Assembly (NCBI GenBank): GCA_001687465.1
Contig: LVLI01000090.1
Coordinates: forward strand, 1 to 64,000
Reading direction: 5' to 3'
DNA: 64,000 bases
Source: Halocafeteria seosinensis
Taxonomy: Eukaryota
The notes under the pieces are model-generated. The model made no database searches and had not been told where the DNA came from. It worked only from the letters and a program-made list of their open reading frames with translations. This document shows, piece by piece, positions 25,795 through 38,295 of the stretch. Each line of letters opens with the position of its first letter. Position 1 is the stretch's first letter. Position numbers and translations under genes: made by a program.

Positions 25795-28700
25795 CTAGGA
25801 CGGGTGGGGGGCGTCTTGTCGTGGTATCGAAACGGCAGCAGAATGGAATTCGTCTGTTTCTGTTGGGGACTGAGTAGTCGCCGCTGAAGATGACGGATAC
25901 AACGACTCTGTAACTTTGCTTTCGTACGCTTCATTTTGTTCGGTATGGCCGCGGTAACGCAAAGGATCTTCTCTCGCACTTCCAGACTGATCAATGTCCT
26001 CATCTTGGACTTGATGAAGTTGCTCACGAATTTTGCGAAGCGTTGCACGGTCATCATCCAAAACATACCTTTCTTCTCGTGCCAAATATTCCACACGTAG
26101 CCTCGCCAACTCCTGCTCTGCGGCTTCTCGTTCTTTCGCTCGGTACTTCGAGACTTCTCTGGCAAGTACAAAAACTTGTGCACGCAATTTACTGCTTTGC
26201 TGCCGTTCATTGTTATACTTCTCCTTCATATCATTTAGCTCTCTTTGAAGAGACAGATTTTCACCCTCAATCTTGGATATCTTTTCGCGCAGCGCTGCTT
26301 CAGGGGTTTCGCTTTGAGCTGACCGGTATTTGGTGAACTCATCCTGTACCTGCTCTGAGCGCTTCCTTTCACGGTCTACCTCAGATTCCAAGCTCTTAAT
26401 TCTTTCCTTCAGGGCATCGTTCTTGGCTTTTTCGGATGCCACCTTCATCTGCACTTCCTCCTCAACCCTTTTCTCCTTTTCCTCCACGCTTGCCAGTTTC
26501 GATTTTGCCTGTTCATCCGCAGCTGTTAACTTGGATTCCAGCGTGAGAGCGCGCCTTTCTGCCTTTGCAATTGCTTTCTTCAGCTGAGATTCCAATGTAG
26601 CATATTCGCTTGTGAGCGATTTCATTTCAGCTTGCCTCTGTTCTTCTCTTTCTTGATATTCTTTCTCTAGTTCGTTGAGTTTCTTGCGTTCCTTTTCCTT
26701 CAGCTCAGCTATCCATGATTCTTCTGCTTCCTCCCTCCACCGCTCAAACGCTCTTAGCGCATCAGCCCGAATTGCCGGGGGTAGATCATCGAATGAGGTT
26801 GCACGCTGGTACGAGGCTGACCAATGTCCTTGGCTGCCCACGCCAGAGTAGTAATTTCCCGAATGAGCCTGACTCGACTTTCGTTCTGCTGGTAACTCCA
26901 TACGGTCATTGTAGGTGTTACCACTAGAAAATGCTTCTTGTCGAGAGAAATGCTCAGCTAATCCAGGTGGATAAGGTATTGCGGAACCTACCGCCGCGGC
27001 TGATTTTCCAAGTAGCTCGTCTGGCCTTCCCTCTTCTGGATCAGCGGAGTACTTCGAGTTAGCTGGAATGCTATGTATACCGTAGAACTCAAGAGCCCGT
27101 GATGGGGTTGAAACGGCCGTCTTGGAGGAGGCGCTTCCAGAAGTCAGATGGGTTGTAGGGCCAAAATCCTCCAAAATGACAAGTGATCTCACATATCCTG
27201 TAACCTGGACGCGATTTGAGGGTTCTCCTCCGGGGGCGGTACCTTTTGGCGCTTGGTAACCCTCCGTGCCTCGAGGGCCACCAAACCCGAGTCCCGCATT
27301 AAACTCACTTTCTTTCGCGAAAGCTAGTAGCGGTAAGTACACGTCAAATATTTGGATTGTCACAGGCGGTATATCCCAAGAAAACTCTTTGTCTTCATCC
27401 TCGTCCGATTCCTCCTCTGGCATTCTCTTCTCGGAATGTTTATGCTTTTTCTCCGTAGCTGAAGCGAAAGGTCGAGAGGTATCTTGATTAGCCTTCAAAT
27501 GCATTATATGTCTGTTGTAATTGGCTTTCGAAGAAAATATTTTCTGCGTGAAAGGGCAGCGATACAAGCACTTAGACAAGACAACTTCTGCTGGGCACAA
27601 TTCAGCGGTTCCGATTTTCTGATCGTGTTCAAACCTCTTTCTATCGCGGTGCCATAAATCGACTTTCAAGGATTTTTGTAGTTCCTGCACCAGCTTTTCG
27701 CCACTGGAGACGAACTCAAAAAGACGGAAGGAATGCGGCAAATTTTCCTCCGAATTGGGAGAAACATGAACAGTGGGCCTTGTTCGAAGTTTCAATTTGC
27801 TAAGCGATGACGCTGTCTTTTCGGCCTGCATATTTGCTTGCTCATAGAAGTGTGCTGCTTGCTCAGCTTCCGTCGCGCGATGTATGGCAGCGTGCGCAAA
27901 CTTATATTGATCAAATCGTGAGGTACAATACACGTTCGACGACTGCGAGAGAGACTTTACAGATCTAACCTCAAAAGACAGCCGGAAATGGTTAAGATCT
28001 TCATTTGCAGCCATGGCAGAGTTATTGATTTTTTGTTGAATGCTTGCCTTGTTCTCTTCGCTAAGTTCTCGAGAGGACACTTGCCGCTGAGATCGCCTAG
28101 CAAATTCTGGATCGCGATGAGTAAGGCGCTTTTTCGTTTCGTACTCAATCGCCACATTTTCGCTGTCTGTGTCGTACGGTGTGGACTCCTGAGGGGTCGT
28201 TACCGTCGAAGCCTCTCCCGGTGCCAGCGCTACCCAAGCCACCGGTTGCATCGTGGTACCAACATCACCATGGGCGTCTGTAGACGATGATTGATATCTC
28301 TGCAGATCCTCTACTTTATACAACGGCACGCTGCATTCAGCTCCGGAGCATAAATCTACGGAATTAGCAAAACCAATACAGAAGGCGTAGTCGTCCGGAA
28401 TTTCCTCCTCATTCTGAGGAGTAGCATTAGTCGAAAGAACACGCACCGTTAAGATATCACCTCCTTGTTCTCGGGTCGAAGTAAGGGGAAACACCGCTTG
28501 CATTTGCAGCTCATCGAGGGCATGCCAAACAGGTTCATCCTCTTCAGCGTCTTCCTTTAGTGTAGCATCCTTAAGATTTAGTCGTTCGTTGCAGAGACAC
28601 ACAAAACGCCCGATTCCCAGTTCTAGCCAAGCACTGGTATCCCTGTTATCCTCTTCAAAAAGCGCCACCTTGTTAAATGAAACTCCTCGCACGTCTACAT

Positions 28701-30283
28701 AGATGCTCCGCTCTTGATTGGATTCGTCGCCGCTCTCTCCGGATTCTATCTGTCCTCTGTGTTGCAGATTAAATGTGTACGCCGAAGCCGGCTCGAAGCT
28801 AGGAGGAACGACGACTGGGATTTGGCGCTGCGCCTGATCTGTGCGCTCTTCTTCATATGGACCGGCGGCTGCGGATTTTACCGTATCCAGTCTCGATTGG
28901 CTCTCCCTAGGAGGGCGAGGTGGCAATGCCGCCCTTCGATCCTTTCTACCGTGGTCCGTGGTCATGCCGTGCTGAGCTTGTGGCATCAGGGAAACTATTC
29001 CGTGTAGTTGAGCAGTGAATTCATCAGTTGCTACTTCATATCGGGCAGAAGCAGCCAGAGGTTTTAGCGGCTGAATATCAAACCCACCACGCAGCTCAGC
29101 ACTTGCAAGACTATACTCCTTTCCATATCGGTTTCGCTTTACCAGTTGGTCAAGAGGTATCTCGACCAAAGCTAGCACCTCACCTTCAGTGCACAGCATT
29201 ACATGGACTGGAGGCTGAAGCTCTGTCCACTGTATCAGACTATTCACATTCGACCTGAGCACGAACGAATCCTCGACATTGGGAAACTTAGAAGCCTTAG
29301 GAAACGTGAATGTATCCGTTTGAATCAGCACTCCGAAAATCTTGTATGAAAACCATAAATTGATCGGTCCTTTCCGATCGCTTAATATCGAATGCAGACC
29401 AGACACTCCAGTTAAACTGATGGTCAGATTGAAGTGCTGGTCAGCTTTATCACGTTCACCTATAACAATAGCATCATCAGAGGTTCCTACGGCCACAGCG
29501 GGTTCATCATTGGCAGCGGCTTCTCGTAAGGCATGGGGTGCATATTCATTTGAGGACCGAGGAGTAACTGCTTGTTGGCTGACTGCTCCCTTCTCCTCCT
29601 CCTTCTCTTCCGATTCAGAACCAGATTCTTCGTGGTCTTCCTCGGTATCTTGTCGAGCAGCAATGCCACAAGGTTTTGGAGGCTGAGACAACATACCTCT
29701 AAGTCGAACTCGTATCTTTAATTGTCCTGGATTGTGTCCACTCATGGAATACCAATCAAATCGTGCCGCTTGAGGGTCAGCCAGCGTCACTTCAGCATGT
29801 CGCAAGTCCACCATACAAAAGCCTACAAATTGAGCCCGCTGTGACGTCTGCCTATCTCCGGCGGGTCGGGTGTACACATTCAGCTTCATTCGAGGAGCAA
29901 CCGATTTACACTTCCTCCATTCAGATTTTGTGAAGTTCCAGTTTAACGTCGCCCCACCAGCTTTCCAAAAGGGGTCATTTACTCGCGTTCCACGGCCCAT
30001 AGAGGATGGGAGCGTTTCCTTCATCTGAGAATAACAGGTAGCAAATAGTTAAAACAGTGGGATAGAGTCCCAAATGGGATCAATAAGCACACAGAAGACC
30101 GAGACGTTAACCATGCTTGCGGAAACGACAAAAAGCATCCAAAGAGAGCTTTCCCCCCTGTTGTGGTCAACATGAAAGCCACAGACTTACCTGGTTCCCA
30201 TATGTCGTCTGTATGACCACTCGATGCCCATATGGGCATTTGGGGAAGCCCCTCCCTTCCACTATTTCTATGGATAGCTCCAT
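25795..30283 (-). CDS. CEP120: Centrosomal protein CEP120 (C2 domains plus C-terminal coiled coil)
   Basis: Exon 1 (30283-30191) MELSIEIVEGRGFPKCPYGHRVVIQTTYGNQ resembles the CEP120 N-terminus (VSILEGRHFPK). A 166-bp intron precedes exon 30024-25795, which has C2-type motifs VGFCMVDLR, WFSYKIFGVLIQT and HFRLSFEVRSV..DLWHRD, then FERWREEAE..W..ELKEKE and a coiled coil ending LRVEYLAREE. Confidence 0.88.
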
Positions 30284-30481
30284 TGTCCCAATCTCGGCAG
30301 CCGACTGCTACAAACAAAGCCTTAACATCCCCATCGTTAATTTGAATTCCACTGTGAATTTCCACACATGTGTGAAGGCTTGAACCTTCGACTCGCTTCG
30401 AGGCTTGAAGAGAAGAGTCTCAGAAGACAAGCTGAAGTACCAGAAGAGTGTATAATTTATGGCCTACCGATCCCACCCGAA

Positions 30482-30531
30482 CGGCCGGCGGGTTATCTCT
30501 AACTTCTCTGTCACATATATATGTGTGTGTG
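30482..30531 (+). repeat. Degenerate 3'-terminal remnant of the (TG)-tailed dispersed repeat
   Basis: CGGCCGGCGGGTTATCT..CTGTCACATATATATGTGTGTGTG compared with CGGCCGGTGGGCTATCTGTCACATATGTGTGTGTGTG at 794-830. Confidence 0.6.
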
Positions 30532-30599
30532 CCGTTCTTAACGATGCAACATCGATATTCTTCTTAATGTGTGTGTGTGTGCCCTCACAATTCCAGCAC

Positions 30600-31015
30600 T
30601 GTGGGAAGACGATGGCTTCAATTCTTCCTGCCGAACTTCGCCCCGAAGTTCCCAGGTTATGGCATTGGATTGTTTGCATTTCGAACGTTGGTTGCGAAGG
30701 AGCACATCGTTTTGTTCTCTCTCTTTGCCGTGCTGTGCTTGGTGATTTGTTTTATTGCTGGTTGCTCCGTGCTAGCGGACAAGAGGTGCAGGTGCGCACA
30801 ACGGAACTGAAGATGGGCATCTTCACATACTAAGGGAGAGCCTCTGGTATCTACTCTTTGCTGCTGCTAGTTTCTCTGTTGGTCTTGGTGCTATTGTCAT
30901 ATGGAATTTAGACGAAGAACAGCGACAGCAGTCTGTTTTTTGGTCGCCGGAATTTGTATTCTGATAGCCGGACTCTGTACTAGTTTGTCGGGCACTATCA
31001 GCGTACGCAAACACT
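30600..31015 (+). pseudogene. Frameshifted remnant of a small multi-TM protein (claudin/amastin-like pattern)
   Basis: Three hydrophobic helices in shifting frames with stops: GYGIGLF..LFSLFAVLCLVICFIAGCSVL, LWYLLFAAASFSVGLGAIVIWN and TAVCFLVAGICILIAGLCTSL. Confidence 0.35.
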
Positions 31016-31683
31016 GAGAACAAAAAGCAGATAGTGCTACAGGAAAAGCTGCTACTATGATATCCCCCCGCGTGCTAATAGAATAGCCTTCGATGAATGC
31101 CACATGTCAGATAATTGTCCGACATGCTTGTTCCAACGCTCAATATGCAACACATGAAGAGATTAGAGAACGGAACGTCGTTGTTTTCAAGCTTTCAAAA
31201 CTCTTCATTTCAAGGTGATTCTTATTTTATGGCCACCCGAAATCTGTTACGCAGGAGCTATGGTCGATTTTATCAAGAGATACTGGAATATTATCTGACA
31301 ATTATCTATGTAGATAGCTAAATTGTTAGAAATACGGTAACAACAGAAGAATATGTAAAGTTCTATTCAAAAGACTCATCGCCTTCTTCCATGCTTAACG
31401 CTAAACATTGCAGATGATCCTGGTATCGCTGCGTCACAGTGCCGGTCTCCGACGCCGCCTCCAAGTTGGCTCCAACTACCGTAGTTCGACCTGTGTGAAT
31501 CAGTTCGGAGCTGCACCCTGGCGCACGTCAGCGGGTCCTTAACAGCTAAGGCAGACGCTGCTCCTCCTCGAAAGGATGTCGTTTTCTTTTTGCACGGGAT
31601 AAGAGAGCCTCTCACAATCTATCTTCCATGGTAGAATCCAGCACAATCAACCCATGCAGATGTGTATCCTAGTAGTATTGCTC

Positions 31684-33846
31684 CTACCATAAGCACCCAG
31701 GGAACAGTAACTGAGGTAATTGAACGATATGTCGGAAAGCATTATTTGTTACCGTGGATTGATCGCACGCTGTCATTACCAAGTATTGCAATTGGTATAA
31801 TTGACCAACATGCCGAAATGTAGCGTCTGTAATCGTGGACTGATAGCACGCCCGCATTTTCAGTGTTTTCAAGGTGGACAGCTGACCGATATGCCCGAAA
31901 GCATCATCCGTAATGGTCGATTGATGGCACAGAGACATATCCAATGTATCTAACTGGGATAATTGACCAATATGTCGGAACGCTTCATCTGTAATCGTCG
32001 ATTGCTTGCAACCTTCCATAAGCAAGGTCTCCAACGTGGCCAATCGACCAACATGTCGAAAAGCATCATGTGTAACCGTGGATTGATTGCACCCCGACAT
32101 ATCTAAGCATTGTAACTGCGATAATTGGCCAATATAGCGGAACGCAACATCTTCAATGGTTGATTGACGACAACAAGACACATTCAATTTTCGCAATTGG
32201 GACAATCTACCAATATGATGGAAAGCATTATTCGAAATTGTCGATTGCCGGCAACCCTCCATATCCAAATTTTCCAATTTCGACAATTGACCAATATGTC
32301 GGAAGGCATCATTTGTAATCGTGAATTGATTGCAACCGTGCATATCCAAAATTTCCAATATGGACAATTGACCAATATGTCGAAACGCATCATCTGTAAT
32401 CGTTGATTGATCGCAGCAACACATATACAATGCTTTTAAAGTGGACACGTGACCAATATACCCGAATGCATCATCGGTAATCGTCGATTGACGACAACGA
32501 GCCATAATCAATGTTTGCAACTGGGATAATTGGCCGATATGTTGGAACGCTCCATCTGTAATCGTCGATTGCTTGCAACCTACCATTTGCAAGGTTTTCA
32601 GTTCGCCCAATTCACCAAGATGTCGAAAAGCATCATCTGTAATAGTTGATTGATTGCACTGACTCATGGTGAACGTTTGCAACTTGGATAACTGACCGAT
32701 ATATTGGAATGCTTCATCCGTGATCGTCGATTGGTTGCAATCCCGCATTTTCAATTTTCGCAATTGGGACAATTTACCAATATGTCGGAACGCATCATTG
32801 GTAATCGTAGGTTGATAACAACAATCAATCACCAATGACGTCAATGTGGATAATTGACCAATATGTCGACAAGCATCATCTGTTGGTTGACTGCACCTAC
32901 TCATGCTTATTGTTTGCAATTGGGGTAATTGACAAATATGTCGGAATGCACCATGTGTAATCGTTGGTTGCTCGCAAGCATCAATCACCAAGGTCTTCAA
33001 TGTGGACAATTGGCCAATATGTTGAAAAGCATCATCTGTTATCGTTGATTGAATGCACAGAACCATGCTTAATCTTTGTAATTGGGGTAATTGGCAAATA
33101 TGTCGGAATGCATCATCTGTAATCGTAGATTGATCGCAAGCATCAATCACCAAGGTCTTCAACGTGGGTAATTGACCAATATATCGAAAAGCATAATCTG
33201 TAATCGTGGATTGATGACAATCCGTCATGTCCAAGAATTGCAGTTGGAATAATTGACTTATATACCGGAAAGCGTCATTCGAAATCGTTGATTGCTTGCA
33301 CCTCTCCAGAATCAAGTTTTCCAATTCAGATAGCTGACCAATATGTCGGAAAGCATCATCTGTAATCGTCGAGCTATAGCACTCACGCAAACTCAATGTT
33401 TTCAATTGGATTAGTCCAACAATATGCCGAAAAGCATCATCTGTAATCGTGGGTTGATGGAAGTTCGCCATGCCAAATGTTTGCAAATGGGACAACCGAC
33501 CAATATGTCGGAAAGTATCATCGTCGGGCCGGTGGATCCCGTTCCCGCAAATGACTACCTCGCCGCTGAAATTCGGAAACATGGCTGCCCCTGCTTCTGT
33601 CTCTTTCGATGGACCGAAGGATATACGGTCACCCATTATCAGTGTATGTCGAGGCCATGGCAACGTGTATACCCAACCACCACTCTCGCCAGGGTCTTCG
33701 CCTTTGACGACTTGGCTCCAGTAGTCAACAGCAGCTTCCAACATGGAAGTCTGACGTCCACAAAGCTTTCGTGACCTCTCCAACGATATATGCTCAGCAT
33801 GATATTGAAACCATTGCTTTAAGTAAACTTCCAAGACGCAAGACAT
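31684..33846 (-). CDS. Leucine-rich repeat protein, 22 full cysteine-containing 27-aa LRRs plus a partial one, intronless
   Basis: 720-aa ORF with consensus QSTITDDAFRHIGQLSQLxxLxMxxCx. One unit is 25 aa. No signal peptide or TM segment seen. Confidence 0.92.
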   Translation of the reverse strand: MSCVLEVYLKQWFQYHAEHISLERSRKLCGRQTSMLEAAVDYWSQVVKGEDPGESGGWVYTLPWPRHTLIMGDRISFGPSKETEAGAAMFPNFSGEVVICGNGIHRPDDDTFRHIGRLSHLQTFGMANFHQPTITDDAFRHIVGLIQLKTLSLRECYSSTITDDAFRHIGQLSELENLILERCKQSTISNDAFRYISQLFQLQFLDMTDCHQSTITDYAFRYIGQLPTLKTLVIDACDQSTITDDAFRHICQLPQLQRLSMVLCIQSTITDDAFQHIGQLSTLKTLVIDACEQPTITHGAFRHICQLPQLQTISMSRCSQPTDDACRHIGQLSTLTSLVIDCCYQPTITNDAFRHIGKLSQLRKLKMRDCNQSTITDEAFQYIGQLSKLQTFTMSQCNQSTITDDAFRHLGELGELKTLQMVGCKQSTITDGAFQHIGQLSQLQTLIMARCRQSTITDDAFGYIGHVSTLKALYMCCCDQSTITDDAFRHIGQLSILEILDMHGCNQFTITNDAFRHIGQLSKLENLDMEGCRQSTISNNAFHHIGRLSQLRKLNVSCCRQSTIEDVAFRYIGQLSQLQCLDMSGCNQSTVTHDAFRHVGRLATLETLLMEGCKQSTITDEAFRHIGQLSQLDTLDMSLCHQSTITDDAFGHIGQLSTLKTLKMRACYQSTITDATFRHVGQLYQLQYLVMTACDQSTVTNNAFRHIVQLPQLLFPGCLW
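31706..33525 (-). repeat. 81-bp coding tandem repeat array (LRR units)
   Basis: The motif CCAATATGTCGGAA..GCATCATCTGTAATCGT.GATTG recurs about every 81 bp on the + strand. Confidence 0.95.
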
Positions 33847-34767
33847 GGTATACAGCTTCTGCTGTGTAGATAGGGACTTAGCTTGATATGTAAGAGACTC
33901 GAGTACACTTGATATTGTCCTTCTCTTACTCGGGGAATCGTTCAGTCAGCAAGCAAGCGAAAGGCACCTCATGAATTGGTAAGGTCGTTCAGTTAAAACC
34001 CTAAAACTTCTAGGCAGCGCACGAGTCGGCACGACGAAGGAAGCTGATTGTCCGTTTAACTTTCTCTATGTGTTAAGAGCCACACAGAGCGCACTGTAAA
34101 GCCGTTTTGCATCCTCTTTTGATAAATAGACAATGCAATGTACCATATATATTTTTGCTCGAACACAGGTGGTATGCGTCTTTTATCCATGCGTGCGTGA
34201 AGATCCTTTTGTGAGCCAGGATCAGAAGTTTAGAAATGATTCAGAACTTCTGAACCCCACCGGCAGTGTCCTGAAACCTTCTTATTGATACATGTGAAAA
34301 GCTTACAGGGTATACCGGTGGAACGGAAACGACATCATCAGTTTTCATCCATAACTACCGTGGAACTTACATCACTGAGGGTGCAGCGCGTTGCATCATT
34401 AAACACTTGAGGAATTGTGTTGGGCGTGGACCAACGAATTAATGGTTCTTAACAGCATCCGATGCCAAGCGACCCCCAAGGATTGATTGTGACTGGCAGC
34501 CGGCCGGTGCTGGTGAGAGTAATGTCGACTGTGCTTTCGGTCCTTAGTGTGTGGATCGAACGGTAGCTCTGTGCTGGATTGGGGCACACACAGTGTCACA
34601 CATCCGCAAGAGAGAAATACGTTATCCAAAGCGCTGCATAACACGATACCTAACCAACACCTCTTAGTGCATGAGACCAATGGTCACGTCCCGCGAAAGC
34701 CTGATAGGACTGTTCAGTAACACCACAGTGATAGTAGTAGTTGTAAAGGTTGCTGTACTGATCTCGG

Positions 34768-35022
34768 TGTGGCAGGCTCAGGGTTTTCTCCTGCCAGACT
34801 GAGCCTTGTCGGTACCTCTGACATTGTGGGCGCAGGCATGGCTCCTCCCCAGATGCCTCCTGAGCATAACCAGTGTTGTGTTCCCTCACGGCGCATGTCA
34901 GCAAGGCTGCAGGAACAGCGGGCCCGTCGCTGCTTAACACGGGCGCATACCGCTCCTCGTTAAGAGGATGCGGTCAACTTCCCGGCCGGTGGGCTATCTG
35001 TCACATGTCACATGTGTGTGTG
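34768..35022 (+). repeat. Dispersed repeat, copy 3 (5'-shorter), ending TGTCACATGTCACA(TG)n
   Basis: Near-identical to 579-830; ends about 145 bp upstream of the first BBS1 ATG. Confidence 0.93.
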
Positions 35023-35166
35023 CGGTGTGCGACTACTACAAACTGCCTGTCTGTCGCAACCGCAGTCGACCGTACTACCTGGTTCATGCGAGGGGTCGAT
35101 ACAACCTCTATATTATCAAATACCGAAGGTAAGAAAGCATGTTCTCGAAGGAGGAAGTGAATAGTA

Positions 35167-37162
35167 ATGAATCGGAATGGAAACCACCATACTGGTACAA
35201 CCGTCGCCACGGAAGACGGGAAAAAGAGTTCGCCGGTTGGACCGCACTGGCTGGCATGCTATAAAGATAGATTCGCAGCACTTGGAGTGCATCAACCATG
35301 CTGCGAGTTAGCCGACATTCAGGACGACGGTGAAGGGGAGCTGATACTGGCGACTGTCGATAAAAAGCTCAAAATATTCAAAAATTCCCACATGCACACA
35401 GAATTGGACCTCATGGATACCCCCGCTGCGATGTGCTGTTTCGTGGCCGATCGGCAGTCTTCCTTGCCCTGCATAGCTGTAGCGTCGGGCCCGTATGTCT
35501 TCATCTACAAAAACCTCAGACCGTACTTTAAGTTTAAGATTCCCCAGGAAGAGCTGGATGAGAGAGAAAGAGCCCTTTGGGACAATGCAAGATCGTTGGC
35601 TGCGACCGATCTGAAAGCACGCTTGCAAGAATTGCATACTGAGACTCACTTCAATTTATCTACGAGGTCGAATCAATTCTTAGCTTTGGAATCAAATGAA
35701 GAACGAGCAACGTTCAGGGATAGGGTAGCATTAGTGCCCCTTTCCAAAGCTACGGTTGTAACATGTCTTAGTAAGCTGAAGCAAAACAGTATGGACAAAT
35801 CGGAGAGCGATCATTTGATAGTAGGTACTGAATCGGGGAAGTTATTAGTTCTTCAGAGTGGAGCTCAAGCTATTGAGCAACAGTACAGTTTTCCGGACGT
35901 TCCCGTTGGAATCTCCGCCAAAGGGATATGGGAAACAGATAGTCGACTTGTGGTTGGCTGCCGTAATGGAACGCTGTACACTATTCGAAACAAGAAGGTA
36001 CGCTTCGGATGATGCGCCTTGTAGAGTGGGTAGTCTATTTATAGCATATTACTACATTGGGCTTGCGCAGAAAGTAACAACAGAATTCGATGTGATGGCA
36101 CCCATCGTTGGATTCTGCTTAATCGAGCAGAATCTTTTCGTTGCATGCAGCGACCGATCTTTACATTGTTACCATGCAAAAGGGAGAAAGCTATGGTCTA
36201 TGCGGTTCAAGAAGCATATATCTGCGATATTCCCTCTATCGGTAGGGTGAAGAACGATGAAGCTGTTTCCTTCGCATCTTGTCATTAGTTTGTTTCTGAA
36301 TTGCGATCCAGGCGGATACCGTCGGCGCGTGTTTGGTAGGATTTAGTGATGGAAAAGTAAGAACAATTACCTGGGAAGGTAAAGAGATACTTCAGGAAAC
36401 AGGACCGGAGCAAGCAAACGATTGCCTCTCTGCTGTTCGCTTTGGTCGCTTCGGTAGAGAAAATCACTGTTTGATAATGTGCTTTCGTAGCGGAACCCTC
36501 AAAGTTAATATTGTTCCTCGCCGGGTTATAGATGAGGTTCATCTACGGGCTTGCTGGAGCTTTCCCAACGTTCCGCTATCTTCAGAAAAGGATGAAAGTT
36601 TGTATATTCCGAAGAAAACACGACTCTTCATTGACTACACTGAACGGGAGCAGGTGGAGCCCAAAGAAATACATCGGGTGTTCCAGCAAACCCTATGCCG
36701 GTACGTCAAAGCAATTTTCCGCTGCTGACGTTTTTGCTTTACCCCAATCATTTCTGATGCTAGCACAGGTTACGTTTGGAAACAGCGCGTGCGTATGTTA
36801 AATTACTATCCACGGGCTGCGGTCATACAAGAGCCCGAAAATCGGGGAGAATAGAGCTCAATGTTCGCCTTAAAGGGACCGGCTCACATTTTCTCATGTT
36901 CTTAGACGTGACCAATCAAGGAAAGAAGAGCGTCTCAGGTATCGCTTTGACGTTTCATTTCGACACCACTGTCTACTCGATTTCTCCTACTCAGTTGCAC
37001 TTGCCCGTCCTTGTACCGGAAACCACTTCCACTTTTTCAGCTGACATAAATGCCAAGCAAGAAGGCCTATCGGGTCAGATCTTTTCTACATTGAGCGACA
37101 ACAGTGGAGTAACTCCCCTAGTTTCTGCCCTGATAAAACTGCCAGTGACAATGACGATATAA
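35167..37162 (+). CDS. BBS1: Bardet-Biedl syndrome 1 protein (BBSome), paralogue A
   Basis: Exons 35167-35997, 36071-36241, 36312-36700 and 36769-37162 join in frame. Motifs HWL, IAVASGPYVFIYKNLRPYFKF, LIVGTESG, FGRFGRE, IPKKTRLFID and RLRLETARAYVK. Confidence 0.92.
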
Positions 37163-37186
37163 ACACAGTCAGTCACACCGTTAACG

Positions 37187-37544
37187 TTCTAGAAACGTAC
37201 ATTCCAGTTTTGGGGACTTTTTCTCACATGCCTTGGTAATGTGCTACATACATACCGTAAGCGTTGCTAGATGTTTGCGTTGACAATTCCTTCACAGAGT
37301 AAGTTGCGAGCGGACCGCCAGAGCCGGTTCCATGCGCAGCAAAGCCTGTTGCTGTCAAATAAACCGCGGCGCAAGATTTCACCACTGGCGTCCAACAGTC
37401 ATTTACAGTTCCAGGGTTGTATTCTTGTGCCTCTAGTGCGTTATTGTATTGCAAATATTCATGCGCAATATATCTGCGCAATGAGCGAGAGGAGGTGCTT
37501 GCATTGATTGAACGCCTAAAACGCACCATGTTACCAATTCATGT
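37187..37544 (+). pseudogene. BBS1: Degenerate duplicate of the BBS1-B upstream region and first ~20 codons
   Basis: Aligns with 40445-40796. ATG at 37481 reads MSERRCLH*LNA* against MSESNSLHWLNAY in copy B. Confidence 0.85.
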
Positions 37545-38295
37545 TTATGACCGGGCAACGTTAACAAGAATGAGTACCCTTGTACAATTACATGTACCAG
37601 TGCGCCAGCCTCATCGCGCACCAGCCCGTAAGGATTCGGCTGGCCAACCGCCAGTGCTCCCGGTAAAGGTTCCTCATTTAATTCAATTCAAAAAAGTTAT
37701 TGATTCGATACCTTGAAGTCATATGACTCATGTGGAACATGTGTGGAACCATCCAAGCTCCCGTACAGATGCTGCAGCGTCACTCGCTCTGTTAGCTGGG
37801 CAGCTGACACAGATTGCGCTGACTGACTGCCGGTCTTCCGTGCTATTACTACGTATACCGTATACAGCCCACTTCTTCCTTCAAAGTGACTATCGCTTTC
37901 GCATCTTGATTGGTTCAAGTGGGGCGTGTTCTATCGAACCGGTTCCCAGCTTCCCCGGTCCGGCACATGGCCGCTGCCGGGAACAGGATAGAACGCATCA
38001 CAGAAGCGGATTGTCACTGTAATGAATGCACTCAAACTCCTCCGATCATATAAATGGATACAATTGTTGTGAATCGTGTTCAGCTTTCAGGGATGATTAT
38101 ATGAAATGGTATGTGCTTGTAAACTCCCTCGTTCGTGATATTCCTCGGGGGACGGCAGGTGGGGAAGGGGTTCGCTCGCACGCAGCGAATTCTATCTGCC
38201 TTGGATGCTGGTTTCCACCACATAATCCATTTTTCACGGCATGTGCACCTTCGCAGACGTTCCCATCCGGTGATGCCAGCAGCCATTTGAGCGAC

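Noticed and set aside
31706..33525. CRISPR-like constant/variable periodic array
   Set aside because: The period is 81 bp (27 codons) in one open frame encoding LRRs, the constant part varies at synonymous sites, there are no cas genes and the context is eukaryotic.
33847..33935. F-box upstream of the LRR ORF
   Set aside because: The frame stays open about 28 codons upstream with faint resemblance, but there is no LPxE motif, start codon or convincing splice.
33995..34006. Telomeric repeat or telo-box AAACCCTAAA
   Set aside because: A single copy, expected by chance.
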